NCBI GenBank assembly: GCA_023920165.1 | Contig: CP089275.1 | Coordinates: 3,968,001-4,032,000 of the forward strand | Source: Curvularia clavata | Lineage: Eukaryota | Reading direction: 5' to 3' | DNA: 64,000 nt | Shown: in pieces, positions 10,643 through 24,523 of the stretch | Position numbering within the stretch: the stretch's first letter is position 1 | How the letters are laid out: every line of letters starts with the position of its first letter | The notes under the pieces: model-generated | Database searches by the model: none | What the model saw: the letters and a program-made list of their open reading frames with translations, nothing else | What the model was told of the DNA's origin: nothing | Made by a program: the position numbers and the translations under genes

Positions 10643-13600
10643 GTTGGCCAAGGGTATGTGTGTTTGTGTTTGTGTTTGTGTAGTGGTGTGCGAGTAGTCG
10701 GCTTCGGAGAATTGGACAAGTGCAACGGCGGGACTGAAGACTGATGGAGAGGATAGTGGCCGTCGGGTAGCATGTATAAGAATGGAGTCGGACCTGGCTG
10801 GCTAGACGCGATTGACCCCATGCGGGCGACATGAGAGTGACGCCTGTGGTCGGCCCAGGCACCCTGGTCGAGTCGACTTGTTACAAGTGGGGAGCGTGCT
10901 GATGCAGCTGGCCTCGAGTGGGCACCGCCAGAAAACGTGGACGGTCAGAATTAGTCTGCCACCCAGGGGCCGTGCTGTGCTGTCTTGTCGGCTTCTGGCG
11001 CGCCCTGACTCGCCCCCGAACGCGCACCAGACCGTCTCACCTCCCTTTGGCCTGCTGCAAGTGTGAGCTGGCCGCAACCACACGAGCCGGATGACTGCCA
11101 CTGAATGCCACCCTCTCACACGCTGCTGGCACGCCTTAGTCACGCCCGCTGCCCACGGCACTGCTGTGCTGATTGGCACCGCCCGCTGCCAATCCCAGCC
11201 TGCGTCGGAACCGCGGGTGCACTGCCATAGCGGCGCCGTCCCAACCTACCGTGAGCCTGCCATCGGCTGTCCATCCGTCTCCCAAGTCGCCCGCTGCGCA
11301 GTCATGACAAAACCAACCACTCTTGCCTGTCTCCGAAGCCCATGGGTCGTCCGCCGGCTGCTGGGCGACCATTCCTTGCCGGCCATCAGGAACGCCCCGA
11401 TGAAAGCACTAGGACCATGGCATGGCCTATGGCCTAAACGTTATCAATGCCTGCATCTCCTATGAACATCTATACGTACATGAAATGTACATACATGTAC
11501 AAACTGTACATGGCCGGCCGTGACATACATACATGGTACATACGCACATAGTACTCTCTCATCTCCCCAGACCACCAGATGGATCGTGCGACATTGAGAC
11601 AGGTACCATACCGTCATTGCATCAGCCTCGCCGCGGCCTCTCTTGCTGGTGACGACATGGCCTCAGCTGAGTGCGTCCATTTCCTGCCGTGTCATGCAAG
11701 CACCAAGACAGCCCCGGTCCTTCAGAAGTCGAGAACATTGACTTGGCCAAGCCCTGCGCGTCTGGCACAAAACCACCATCATCTACTTGCCTGTACACCG
11801 GTCGCCACAACCCTGGCCATGTTCTGATACAGAGCCCTCGCATACAAATGACATACCCCTGGCTCCACCTCTGTCATCCATATGTACTCATTTGCTGCGG
11901 CAAGGCGATAGAGGGCAAGCCACGTGCCGACTTGTCCGTCCGTCCACCACCACCATGTCTTTAGCCGGGCGAATACTACGAAACTTCAATGTGCTTGACT
12001 CTTGCCTCAAGTTCGAGAACCTTTTGCTCCGCGTTTCCGTCTCCACCTCCACGTCAGCTGCCTTCACATGTTGCCAATGTCTATTTTGGAGCGGGCAACG
12101 TGATGATTTGCTTGTCAGCTATCTGATGGATGCATTTCTCAGCCAAGCGCCTAATAAATACGATTCAACAAAATATTGAAGAGAAGCCATCCAGGAACTT
12201 TCGGAACTTGGCCATGGCCCCTTGGGCACACAACCTCTATTTTTTCTTATTTTTTTTCTTTTCTAATTTTCGCTTGCACGTACACATACTGGCAAAGTTT
12301 GGTAAAAGCCCACTTCGCAAAGATAGTTTTTACACACCAAGCCCCCGGTCCGCTTCCATGCGAACTCGCCAGTGCATTTAGCATCATGTCGTGCTGCCCA
12401 GTCCGTTCCATCTGCACCAGGTTAGTCACACCGACGTGCATCATTGTCCCGAGAAGCGGGTAACGCATCCACGCCGTCATACCCGCGGCCGTTTTCCCTT
12501 CAACTTATCCGTTTTTGCTCCCTCGTCAAACTTGTAAAATCCCATCAACTCGTCTCGGCCCGGAATGATCACCGTTGCTCCAGCAAAAGACTGCTTGCTC
12601 CCCGGATTTTCGTGCCCATCACCATGAAAAGGGAAGTCGGTCGTGGTGGTTGGGTGTGCTTGTTGAGCATGTTGGCGTCCAATGCCCCGCACCAAGCGAC
12701 CCTTTACCACCACACCCTCAGCTTACAACGCCTCTGGAGTTAATTCTCCGCAAATCCAGACACGCTTCCATGGCAGATCTCGCTGCCGATCCCATCCGGA
12801 TGCTGGTACACACACCGGTCGCAATCGTGCTTTAGTTAATGTTTTGTCGGGGCAACCGACCACACAAGCGCCTATCACTGCAGCAACCTTTGACAAGGCA
12901 AGCCGAAAAAAGCCTATCAAGATAGCCGCCACGATGCGTCTGACAGACAACGGGCAACGCGGCACTTTCATTTACTGGTCGTGTCTGCATCCTCGATTGC
13001 CTACAGAGCCAAACCCACATGCAATCGGGCCTTGATGCTTGCCCAGGAAACACCGGAGAAATCAATAACCAGCAGTCCAACAGCTCTACTGTTTCAATTT
13101 CAACAGTTCGCACAACCAAAGCAACTAAGTGGGGGTTCCAATTTTTTTCTTTTCCCACCAAAGCGTAAAAAAAGTCTAAGAGACGGACGGCGGGAGGGGC
13201 AGAAGCCGGCCATTAGGTGGGAAAGAAAAGAGCGGTAAATAAGTAAGACCATTTACACACGCACACATAACACACTATTACACACACCATGGCGGTGACC
13301 GAAAAAAACAGAGCACATTGTGTGCCCAACTGCGGGCCGCTCCCGGCTGCTTATCGCCATCGCCCTCTTCCGTTCTGACAGCGACCTGTTTACCCCACCT
13401 ATGAAACACATTAACCAGCGCATACACACACCACCACCTCCCACGCACACATAGACAAACACATGGCTGTCAATACAAACAACCCACTCTCCTGCATCTG
13501 GCCCCAATCGCTCGCCCACCTGGGGTGCGCCCGCCGCCCTGCACCCACGCATCATGCGCCCCTCCCCCAAAAAGGCACACATCTTCGACACGTGCGCCAG

Positions 13601-14333
13601 GTGCGGGTAGGGCGCGCGCGGCAAGTTTTGAAGGAAAAAAAAGGGACCAGGCTACGTATCTTCCCGCCTGTCTGTGTGTTCAGTGGGGGCTAAGTTGTGC
13701 GGCCTGGCGGTCACTTAGCGTGATTTGTTTGTACTGTCGTGTCTGCTAACTGGATAGTGTGTTTCGAATGTATGCATGTGGACGGTATGACTGGAAGTGA
13801 GACTTGGCTGGGAAGGCAAGTGGAGGTGAAGAGGCCAAAAGAGGTCGGAGAGAGAGGCAGAGGGTTAGACTGCTGACTTCTTCGTTGGATCTTTGCTCAT
13901 CTTCATCCCGCCTCACGTCTGTGTATGTTTGTCTCTTCGTTTCGTCTCTCATCTGTCCGTCTCTATCTCTCACCCCCGCTTGTGACGTTAGACGATGAGA
14001 TTATTCTCTGGGGTTCGTGAAGAGCGACAATGTACGTGATGAGTAGCTGCTTCCTGCTCACGAAAGGGAAGGTGGGTCACCAAAAGTTACCACGAGTAAC
14101 CAAATCGGGGACTGAAAATTTCCCATCGTCACGAACACAGACAAGCTTGCATATGGCAACATCTAGTTTGACATTGTACCTCGGACTTTTCTTCTCTATC
14201 CTCTCTTCTCATATTCACATCAAACTCACAGACCAGTGTCATGCCACATGCGTCGCGTGCAATACATGTACTCAGATGACCTGGGTTGATACAATAAAAC
14301 CGCAATTTGCGCCGATGACAAAACTTGCGCTGC

Positions 14334-16118
14334 TCAGTGCTGTGACAGATGGAGTTAGTGTGTGCGCCAATTTCCAGACAAAACAAGTCACTCACATCGA
14401 TGTCTTCCCATCCGCGACCCTTAACGTTTGCCAGCTCATCCATCGACATAACATGACCGGTTGTGACTGTGCGATCCACGTCAGCATAAGCTTTCTCACA
14501 TGACAGACAGCATCAATAGCAAAGAGGCACTTACAGTATCCCGCCTGGATCTTGGCGTCAATCTCGACACGACTGTCAGCCGGAATCATCTCATCGGGAA
14601 TCGGTATCCGCTCGTGAATGGGGATGCCCTGTTCGACAATAGCATCGTGCTTCATGTTGGACATGCTGAGCATCCTGTCAATTTTAGTGATACCCAGCCA
14701 GTGAAGGATGTCCGGCATCAGAGCCTGGAAACGCATGTCCTTGACACCGGCAATGTTCTCGGTACGCTTGAAGTACTCGCTCGCTCGGTCTTCGCCTCGC
14801 TTCCTGGCGTTGTAGACGAGGTACTTGGTTACTTCACCAAGGGCACGACCTTCCTTGCGGAAGTAGATGACAACACCGCTGCCACCTCGCTGGGCTTCCT
14901 TGACCGCCTCTTCGATACCGAAAGTGAGGTAGGGCCGGCACGTGCAGATATCGGAGCCGAACACGTCACTTCCGTTGCACTCGTCGTGGATGCGGAGAGC
15001 AAGCTTGGCATTTGGATCAGACATCTTTGCTGGGTCACCGAAGATGTAGACTGTCAGACCGCCAATGGGAGGCAGGAAGAGCTTGATGTCATGACGAGTG
15101 ATGAGCTCGGGATAAGATCCACCAGTCTCCTCAAACAGTGTCCTGCGGAGAGTTCCCTCGTCTGTGGGTTGGGGTTAGCTAACAAATCGTGATCGCTGCA
15201 GAGCTGGAACCTACCAATGTTGAAACGCTCAGCTACTCCAGGGAGGTACCATACTGGTTCAACGGCAACCTTAGTGACAGCAATCTCGCCTGTCTCGTTA
15301 ATGCAGATCTTGCCGTCAGGCACAAGCCGGCCTTTCCTCACGCTGTCCTCGAGCTCAGGCACCTTCATATGAGCTTTCGTGATGGCGATGGTGGGTCGGA
15401 TCTCCACATCATCCTTGTCCATGATATCCTTGTACAACCATGGTGCGAGATGGCCATACGGATCCATAGCAACAATCTTCTTCTTGTCGCTCCATTGCGG
15501 GAACGGGCCAATCTTGGCCGCAGGCTCCGTGTTGGTGAAGTCTGGCTTGTGGGTGATGTCGAGGTTCTTGCTTGCTACAGCAAGAGCGTTGTATATGGAG
15601 TATGAACCTCCGTGGGCACCAATGGCTATGACACATTAGTAAGTCTTACATTGATCTGAGAGTATCCGACACATACCATTACGCTTTCGGATGGTGTTTG
15701 GGTGTCTGGACACAACAACAGGGCCACGAACAGCAGGGTCTTTGGCACCCCATTCCATTGGCAGTGGATCAACGCCAGCCTGGCCAGGATACGAAGTCAA
15801 GATGATCTTTGAGACCTTTGAGACACTGGTACGGCGTGGCTGAGCCTCTGCACTTGAAGGCGGTTGCTCATACTGTTCGCTGACAGCTTCTACGGTTTTG
15901 CCAGACTCGGCTTCAGTGGCCTTATCGCTGGTCAATGTACCATTGGCAGCTTCACTGGCAGCTTCATCCTTGATTTGCTTGATGCCCGCCAACATGTTTA
16001 CGCGTCCATTGATCTTATCGACGGAAGCTGCAAGTACAGAGTTCTCCGCTCGGAGAGCCTTGAGCCCTTCGAGGATCTCTTTGAGGACGACATCGCTAGT
16101 AGTGCTTTGGCCAGACAT
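14334..16118 (-). CDS. URG1: Uracil-regulated protein 1 / URC1-type GTP cyclohydrolase II-like protein, 5 exons
   Basis: RNAIGAHGGSY, MDPYGH, RIHDECNGSDVFGSDICTCRPYL, GRALGEVTKYLVYNARKR. Terminal micro-exon CAC TGA at 14334-14339. Confidence 0.92.
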
Positions 16119-16705
16119 GATGGATGGAACCAGATGTCATGCAATACAGTATGACGTCTAGGAACTTTTGTTTAGATGAAAGAGAAACCAATTGGATTCT
16201 TTCGCTGGAATGGAATCGTAGAACAAAGACCGGTGAGCTCCGAAGGTGGGATAACTTGGTCAAATGACCTGACGGTAGGGAGAGAAGAGGGGCACGAATA
16301 CAACTTGGAACCAGGAACCAAGGGGAAATCCAGAGAATCCAGAGAGAAGAGGAAAGAAGGAAAGAAGAGAGCAACGTGGTCGAATATGAGTAGATCTGGA
16401 GCTCGCCGACGATGCCAGCACCGTCGAACAGCTGACTACTCACGTGCCTGCGGCTTCGGTGTACGCTGATAGGAGCGGGGCCGCTTATCGAATGGGGCAG
16501 CTCATGGGCAACGGCAGGGATCTTGGCGGTCGGAGCCACGCGAAACCTCACTTTCGCGATCGCGCGTCTTCTGCCGGCGAAGAGCGCAACACCCGACGAC
16601 ATCACTCCTGGGACTCGCCGCCGCACGCACCGATTTGGACAACCACCGCTCCGGACAGCGTAAACTTATCTTGAGAAACCCCGCACATTCATACACTGCG
16701 ACAAA

Positions 16706-17225
16706 ATGGTTTGTTTTTTGACCCACCCAGCTGCACTTTGCCGCACTGCGCAATTACTGACCGCAATGACAGGGCAAGCGCAAATCTTCCAGTAAGCCGC
16801 AGGGTCCCAAGAAGGTACGTCACGCTCAGAGTTTCCCTTTTTCTCTATTCGTACGGTAGATTGACGCCTTTGAACAGAAGGAGAAGCTGCCTACAACCTT
16901 CCAGTGCCTCTTCTGCAACCACGAGAACTCCGTCAGCGTCTCTATCGAGAAGAAGTCGGGCGTCGGCAATCTTCAGTGTAAAGTCTGCGGGCAGACTTTC
17001 CAGACCAATATCAACTATCTAAGCGCCCCCGTCGATGTCTATGCCGACTGGATTGATGCCTGCGATGCGGTAGCCAAGCAGGCCGCAAAGGGCAATGCTG
17101 AACTGTCGCGGAGTACCCATCGCATGGGCAGGATGCCTACAGCACATAACCAGGAAGACGATGACGGAGATGGCGGTTTTATTGAGCACGACGATGCAGA
17201 TGCGGAGGGCGAATATGCGGATTAG
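16706..17225 (+). CDS. ELF1: Transcription elongation factor Elf1 (Zn ribbon); exons 16706-16708, 16773-16814, 16879-17225; absent from the ORF track
   Basis: Spliced product [34 protein letters not shown]...[29 protein letters not shown] with acidic tail. Confidence 0.93.
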
Positions 17226-17643
17226 AGCACCATCGCTTCCCTTTGGTGAATTGGACAGGCGTTGCGAGGCTGAGGGTCACTTGGAAGTGATATCGCAAGA
17301 GAGCTTAGGACCTTGTATAACACATGGGGGCAACGGAGATGATGGGCTATCATTATGGCTTTGTAAGGCGTTTTGGGTGATCAAAAGGGCCCGCGGATTT
17401 GCGGCGGCGTTTCCATCTTCAAACACGAGGCTGATGTACCCCCTCCTCACCACTAATGGTTGGGCACGGCTAGTGCAATGAGCATGCAATCTTGATGCAT
17501 AAAAACAGTTCATGTGACTTTCATTGTGTGTTTTTTTTTCCTTGTGGTATTTCCAAACGATCATGCTAAAAATGCCAAAGCGATCCACAGCTAGCTTGCG
17601 CCCGTCAAATGCTCGTTAGACAACTATGACCCAGCGTGTCTCT

Positions 17644-18547
<904 letters not shown>

Positions 18548-19234
18548 GTTGTAGGCTGAAATATTGTGTCCTAAGTGAACTGAGATGAACGAGGCTACGA
18601 AACAGTCAGTTGAGATTTTGGACTGAACGACGAGAATATGCACTTCTGCACAAACTCAGTTAATTTTGGGGGACGGAGAGATTAGATAATGGTGTTTTGA
18701 CACCTAGGACTTACCTCAAAATGCGTCCTCGGACCAGAGCTGGCAGCAGTCAAAATAAAATGTGGAATTGGTGGGGTCGTATATAGCCTGGAGCTCTCCA
18801 AAAGACGGACCGAGGGATACAGCAGACTTGAATTGATAGAAATAGCGTAAAGATAAGAAGAGGAGAAGAGGAGCTGAAGCGCAGGTGGAGTAGTAGTCTA
18901 GGCTCGTGACCGTCGGCGAACTCCTTCACACTGGGTTGGGAAGGAGCGACCCTTGCCCCGCTGTTGGCGAGATCTGATAGCGGGTCCCTGCCTGCAGCCG
19001 TGCAGCCACTCCGACCGCCGGCTTCGTCATTGCCTGCAAACCCATGCAAAACATCCACATCCTCTCGTGTCACCGGCATTGTTTGGACTTGAGAACAGCC
19101 TTGTTCGTGCCTGTACGCGTCCTCCGCCCAAATGTAAACGCGGAAAATTGCACAGACATCCACTGCTACCACCTGCGACCAAGATGCGCGTCTGAAGCAC
19201 CGTTCCAAAGTGTCACCACAACACGACCGCGGCT

Positions 19235-22200
19235 ATGGCAACTACCATGTTTTCCGGCTTCACCTCGTCTGATCGCCGCAAGAAGGTCGTCTACGGTAAA
19301 TCGTCACGTCTGTCTACAGTTCCGCCGCCTGCACCCGATCCTAGCGACGATGCGCCTCCATCTCCAGACCGACCGCGAACGCAGACCGCCACCTCTCGTG
19401 GCGCATTGAAGGAGGCTGGAGGCACAACCAAGGTTGGAGGCAGTCTTGCAAACGCGCGCGCAAAAGCAGACAATGTCGACATCTTTGACATACCCTCCGA
19501 GGACGAGTTTGTGGCGCGCCCAAAGCCTACAAAAAGATTGGGAACGAAGCCTCGGATACCTGATGCCGGCCCTGGCGCCCAAGAAGAGGCTCCCTTTGAG
19601 TCAAAAAAGCTGAACAAACCGACACAACCATTGCGCAAGCCCGTAGCCGCGAAGCCAAGTACAGCACCCAAAAAAGCTGCCGAATTGCCCAAGCTTTCCC
19701 AAGCGCCATTGCCCTCCTCTAATTCGATATCATCCCGGATGTTGCGTGGAAAGACACCTCAACCCTCTGAATTACCGAAACCGACTGCAGGCAAGGCCCA
19801 ACAAACAACTGCTCCAGTATCAGATGCGACAAAGGCTCAAAACGACCGGAAAACGGGTTCAGCACTCCCTAAAAAGAAGCTGCTAGCGAAGCCTGCAAAC
19901 GTACCAAGGCAGCATCTGGATGTGTTTGATGTGCCGTCTTCAGAAGATGAAGCATCATTGCCAGTCAAGAAAGCACCACGCCAGACTCAAGCCACAAGAA
20001 GGAAAGAGTCGGTACCAGAGGCTGACCAGAAACAACCTCCAGAGTCGGATGACTCGAGCGCATCGAAGAAGCGAAAGCGCAGAGGCTCTGTTTCTTCTAA
20101 TGCCGCTGTGGCTAAACCAGCTTTGCGACAAAAATCCGGAAGCTCGGTACCCGAGCGAAATCGCAAGTCCCAGAAGAAAGAAGACGACGATTCGCCTGGC
20201 TACACTTCACAGACTCAGACAAATGCAAGTGTGAACCGCAAAGCTCCATCTGCAGCGCCACCGGCCACGGCGCCAGCGACTGACAAATCAAGACGGACAA
20301 ACCAGCGAACTGTGCCCATGCTTGGACCGCCGAAAACCATTAAAGGTCAATCTTCGCCAGCCATGCTGAGCAGTATGCTTCCCAGCCGTCAACCAGCTAA
20401 ACCGTCTCCTGTAACCGAAGAAACCCCAGTCTCTGAATTGGATGACCAAACCATGTACGATATTCCGGACCCGATGACTACTCCAGTTCGTGCACAAAGA
20501 GCTGTCGTGCCTGGGTCGACGACTCCAAGACAGAGAACTCTCTTTAGCGGCTTGTTAGGGGATGATGCATCAGCGAGCACACCAATGCCTAGCATCTCCA
20601 ATCTGCAATTAACAGACAAGAAACCGAGGTCTCTGGTAGGCAGCCTATCAAGATCGAAATCTGATCTTACACACAGTGCTCAAGCCCGCAAAACCAGGCT
20701 TATTGACACGCTCAAGCCAGCCGAGAGCAGCTCGGATGACGATGAAGAGAGCAGTAGCGAAGATTTGGAAGTACGCCGTGACAACCGCCGAACTATACAG
20801 CGGCCTGCTCAAGCGCCCGTGGGCGTACGCCCGTCGGCCAATTCTACCTCTGACGACATGGACATTGAAGTGCAAGCAGATTCGCAAACATCCCAAGGCA
20901 CATCAGGGTTTGGCATGCGTCCAAAGCTCACCTATGCTATGTCACGATCGTATCTACGAGAAGCCAACCCAGAGGATGATCTCATGATCACTATGGATTT
21001 GGATGACGGATTCGGTGGCCACTCTCCATCTCGAGATACTGTGTCGGCGTCCGAGGATGACCCCGATCAGACGAGCCAGGCACAAGCTCATCATGAGTTG
21101 AAGAGCCGAGGGCGCAACTACGTCTTCCAGCAGGAGGCACAGTCGATGATTGATGATATTTCGAGCGCGTCCACGACCAGCATACGCCGAAACGCCATGA
21201 TGGAGTTGTGTACCAAGATGGCCGACGAGACGTTCTGCAGTCAACTTCTCGACTCACCATTAGCTCACCAATTCTTCCGCAACATTTCGGTGGGTGGGGA
21301 GATTGTATTTGAGTTTGCTACCGCTGTTGTCACCATTTTCATTTTGCGCACCAATCCAGCCTACAGTGTTCTGGACCAGCTCCATGAAGCTGGCATTCTC
21401 GCCAATCTATGTAAACTCCTTAGTAACGATTCGGACATACAAAAGATTGCAAAGGATCGCAAAACGAACCTGTCAAAGATAGCCAAAGATGCGACAATAG
21501 CACTCCGCAGCCTCGTTCAGCAATTTTCCGTCTGGTCGCCGGCCACAACGACCAAGGTGACACCCCAACTGGTATCCATGAAGGCCATTGAGTTACTAGT
21601 GCTAGGGTTACGCAAGACTGGCAATGCTGATGCACTGCTTGACCAACAAATAATCTCACGACTGGTTGAGATTGCCACATCGTCAAACCAACGTCTCGAG
21701 GCCAACGAGGGAGAACCGGACGATGAGGCCATTCTATTAATGGTGCTCTCGACGCTGGAATCAATTTCGGCTACGAGACAGAGGCAAGCTGCTTGGCCTG
21801 CTGCTGTTCTCCAGCGTATCGCGGACTTCATGCCCAGATTCTTCCAGGGTGATGCAGCCGCTTCGACGATGTTAGCCGTCAAGCTTTGCATGAATCTTAC
21901 TAACAACAAGCCCAAAGCTTGTCAATCATTCTCAGCAAAGACGTTTGTGCAACCACTTGTGCTATCGATAATTGAGCGGTTCCAATTACTCAACGAGGGA
22001 TCCACAGGCGAGAAGCGAACAGAGACTTTGGAAAGTCTGATTCTGAGCCTAGGTGCTACTATCAATCTCGCCGAGTTTAGCGATCAGATGAGGCTTAACA
22101 CGGACGACAATAAAGAGATTATTGACAAATTGGTCAGGCTGTTTTTGGATGGCTCTGAGCGCGCTTCACAGGTACGTAGACGATGCAGAGGAACATTTGC

Positions 22201-22507
22201 TGGATTGGGATTGACAGTGTTGCAGGCCCAGTCTGTAGAAGAGTCTCACTCGGGTGTAGCGATTGGATACCTTGCAGTGCTTCTTGGCAATCTATGTCTC
22301 AATGACTTTGTTCGGACCAAGATTCGCGCACTGCTACCGGATCAGCAATTGACTACGCTCATTGACAGTATCAAGGAGTTTGTGCGGGTGCATGAGCATG
22401 TTGACAAGAGGAAGGAAGATTTTGAAGGAGCCGAAGGGCAAGAGGCTTTGCAAAGCTACACTGCGCGCCTCATGCTTGTGGTGGAGAGGCTGCAGGGGGC
22501 GACGTGA
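19235..22507 (+). CDS. WPL1: Wings apart-like cohesin release factor; in-frame intron about 22172-22225
   Basis: N-terminal VYGK, long disordered region, LTYAMSRSYL, HELKSRG, helical WAPL domain with LCMNLTNN and GYLAVLLGNL. Confidence 0.85.
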   Translation: MATTMFSGFTSSDRRKKVVYGKSSRLSTVPPPAPDPSDDAPPSPDRPRTQTATSRGALKEAGGTTKVGGSLANARAKADNVDIFDIPSEDEFVARPKPTKRLGTKPRIPDAGPGAQEEAPFESKKLNKPTQPLRKPVAAKPSTAPKKAAELPKLSQAPLPSSNSISSRMLRGKTPQPSELPKPTAGKAQQTTAPVSDATKAQNDRKTGSALPKKKLLAKPANVPRQHLDVFDVPSSEDEASLPVKKAPRQTQATRRKESVPEADQKQPPESDDSSASKKRKRRGSVSSNAAVAKPALRQKSGSSVPERNRKSQKKEDDDSPGYTSQTQTNASVNRKAPSAAPPATAPATDKSRRTNQRTVPMLGPPKTIKGQSSPAMLSSMLPSRQPAKPSPVTEETPVSELDDQTMYDIPDPMTTPVRAQRAVVPGSTTPRQRTLFSGLLGDDASASTPMPSISNLQLTDKKPRSLVGSLSRSKSDLTHSAQARKTRLIDTLKPAESSSDDDEESSSEDLEVRRDNRRTIQRPAQAPVGVRPSANSTSDDMDIEVQADSQTSQGTSGFGMRPKLTYAMSRSYLREANPEDDLMITMDLDDGFGGHSPSRDTVSASEDDPDQTSQAQAHHELKSRGRNYVFQQEAQSMIDDISSASTTSIRRNAMMELCTKMADETFCSQLLDSPLAHQFFRNISVGGEIVFEFATAVVTIFILRTNPAYSVLDQLHEAGILANLCKLLSNDSDIQKIAKDRKTNLSKIAKDATIALRSLVQQFSVWSPATTTKVTPQLVSMKAIELLVLGLRKTGNADALLDQQIISRLVEIATSSNQRLEANEGEPDDEAILLMVLSTLESISATRQRQAAWPAAVLQRIADFMPRFFQGDAAASTMLAVKLCMNLTNNKPKACQSFSAKTFVQPLVLSIIERFQLLNEGSTGEKRTETLESLILSLGATINLAEFSDQMRLNTDDNKEIIDKLVRLFLDGSERASQVRRRCRGTFAGLGLTVLQAQSVEESHSGVAIGYLAVLLGNLCLNDFVRTKIRALLPDQQLTTLIDSIKEFVRVHEHVDKRKEDFEGAEGQEALQSYTARLMLVVERLQGAT

Positions 22508-23654
22508 TGAGAGGGTGTTTGCATGACGAGTAATATGGTCGTCTTGCCTTGTGTGCAGCAAGCCGGTTTTGCATTGAGACAAGGCGTTGATATTGGTGGT
22601 ATGATACCCGAACTTGATGAAGTTGTTATCTGTAGGCGGAATCGTAGATAGAGACCGGCTATAAGGTTGCAGACATGGGCATCTACAGAGTGACTAATCG
22701 AGTAATATGCCGTCTGTCGGCGGCTGTTTATGCGTTCGTGTTGGGGTCGGGTATGCGGTCAAGGCTAAATGGGGGGTAACGTGGTAAGCTCGCAGGCAGA
22801 GGTAAGGCTGCGCGAGGACCCAGCGAAGCGGTTGAAGTGACGCAACAGCCGGCATGTGGAGAGGTTTGCCGTCGGAACATAATTTACGAGACGGGTTGCA
22901 GCAGCGATGAGACGTGACAATCAAAACGAAGGCGCCTTGTGCACGGAGGCGTGCATGTGATTGTGTGGCCCTTGACTCGCTCGAGCGAGAGGGTTGCGGC
23001 TAGCGGATAGTGAGTCGATGGCGGTCGGGGCTGCGGGACGTGGGCGATGGCGGACAGTCGCTGGTCACGATGGGGTGTAGAGGCAAAGGCTTCTGGCTGA
23101 CGGCGGTGCCGTTTGAGGTTGCGTGGTGTGGTGCAACAGCAGACGCTAGACTGGACAGGATTGACAATACGTAAATGAATGCTTCGAGAAGACCGGGATT
23201 CGTTGGGGACCATGGCCAGGCCCCGATGCCAGCGCCTTGGGGCCAAACCCAAAGCAATTGCACCGTCGTTGCCCAACTATCGTCGCCTGTATATGCACGA
23301 CGCTGCGCCGGAGCAACACTGCAGCATCCACACGCGGGCCTCTTATTTACCCTGGGCATATTTTTTTTCTCAGAGCAACCCGACCCGTGACATTGCCGGG
23401 GGCGTCTCCTTCTCTCTTCTTGGTCTCTTGCACGCTCTCTTAAAGCCTCCCTTCGTCCCCTCACACATCATCACCTGCAGCTCGACGGCGTCATCCCGGC
23501 GCTAGCTCTTCCAGGCAATTGACAGGCCCGAACCACCAAAACGCAACCTAGGCAGCTACTCCCCGTCGCTCGACTGACAACTGAGACGCCCATATTCCAC
23601 CAACGGCAACTTGTTCACCATCCTCACCCCTCTCGCTACAACCCCCACAACACC

Positions 23655-24523
23655 ATGGCGCCCCCCAAGCAGAGAAAGATTGCCATTGTCGGCAGCAGGG
23701 CAGTCGGTACGTCGCGGCGCGTCGCTTGCGCAACCTTCACATGCAAGACCCCAACAAACAGCATACTGACATGTCTCTCTGCCCAGGCAAGTCGAGTATG
23801 ACGGTGCAATTCGTCGACGGCCACTTTGTCGACAGCTACTATCCCACCATTGAGAACACTTTTAGCAAAATGATCAAATACAAGAACCAGGACTATGCCA
23901 CGGAGATTATCGATACGGCTGGACAGGTACGTGAGGTTTTCTTTTCTCCCCGCGCCGCACAGTCTCGCCCAGCTCCACACCCCACTCTTGCGATGCATCG
24001 TGCATGCTACGACTGGAACACACGCCTTGACGCCCACTTGGCCTCGACCATGTACACGAAGAACACTCTGCTGACTCGGCTATTACTTCCCAGGATGAAT
24101 ACAGTATTCTCAACTCGAAGCATTTCATTGGCATCCATGGATACATGATTGTCTACTCAGTAGCTAGTAAGCAGAGCTTTGAGATGGCACGCATCATCCG
24201 GGATAAGATTCTGAACCATCTGGTAAGATGGCCATTCCATGTCATGCTCAAGCATCCCACAAAGCTAATGCAATGCACATCAGGCTGTCGAATGGGTTCC
24301 CCTCGTTATTGTAGGCAACAAGTCTGACCTTCGCCCCGAACAACGCCAAGTCACGCCCGAAGACGGCCGCGCTCTCGCCGCCGAGTTCAAGTGCGCATGG
24401 ACCGAGGCCAGCGCACGCTACAACGAAAATGTCCAAAAGGCTTTTGAGCTCATGGTTGCTGAGGTGGAGAGATCTCAGAACCCTGGTGAGCCTGCTGGTG
24501 GCAGCAAATGTACAGTCATGTAA
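23655..24523 (+). CDS. RHB1: Rheb small GTPase, 4 exons
   Basis: KIAIVGSRAVGKSS, FVDSYYPTIENTF, DTAGQDEYS, GNKSDL, C-terminal CaaX CTVM. Confidence 0.96.

Noticed and set aside
5950..14300. Telomerase RNA, SRP, RNase P/MRP or snoRNA in the long intergenic stretches
   Set aside because: No full TAACCCTAA template or diagnostic conserved boxes seen by eye. An Infernal scan would be needed.
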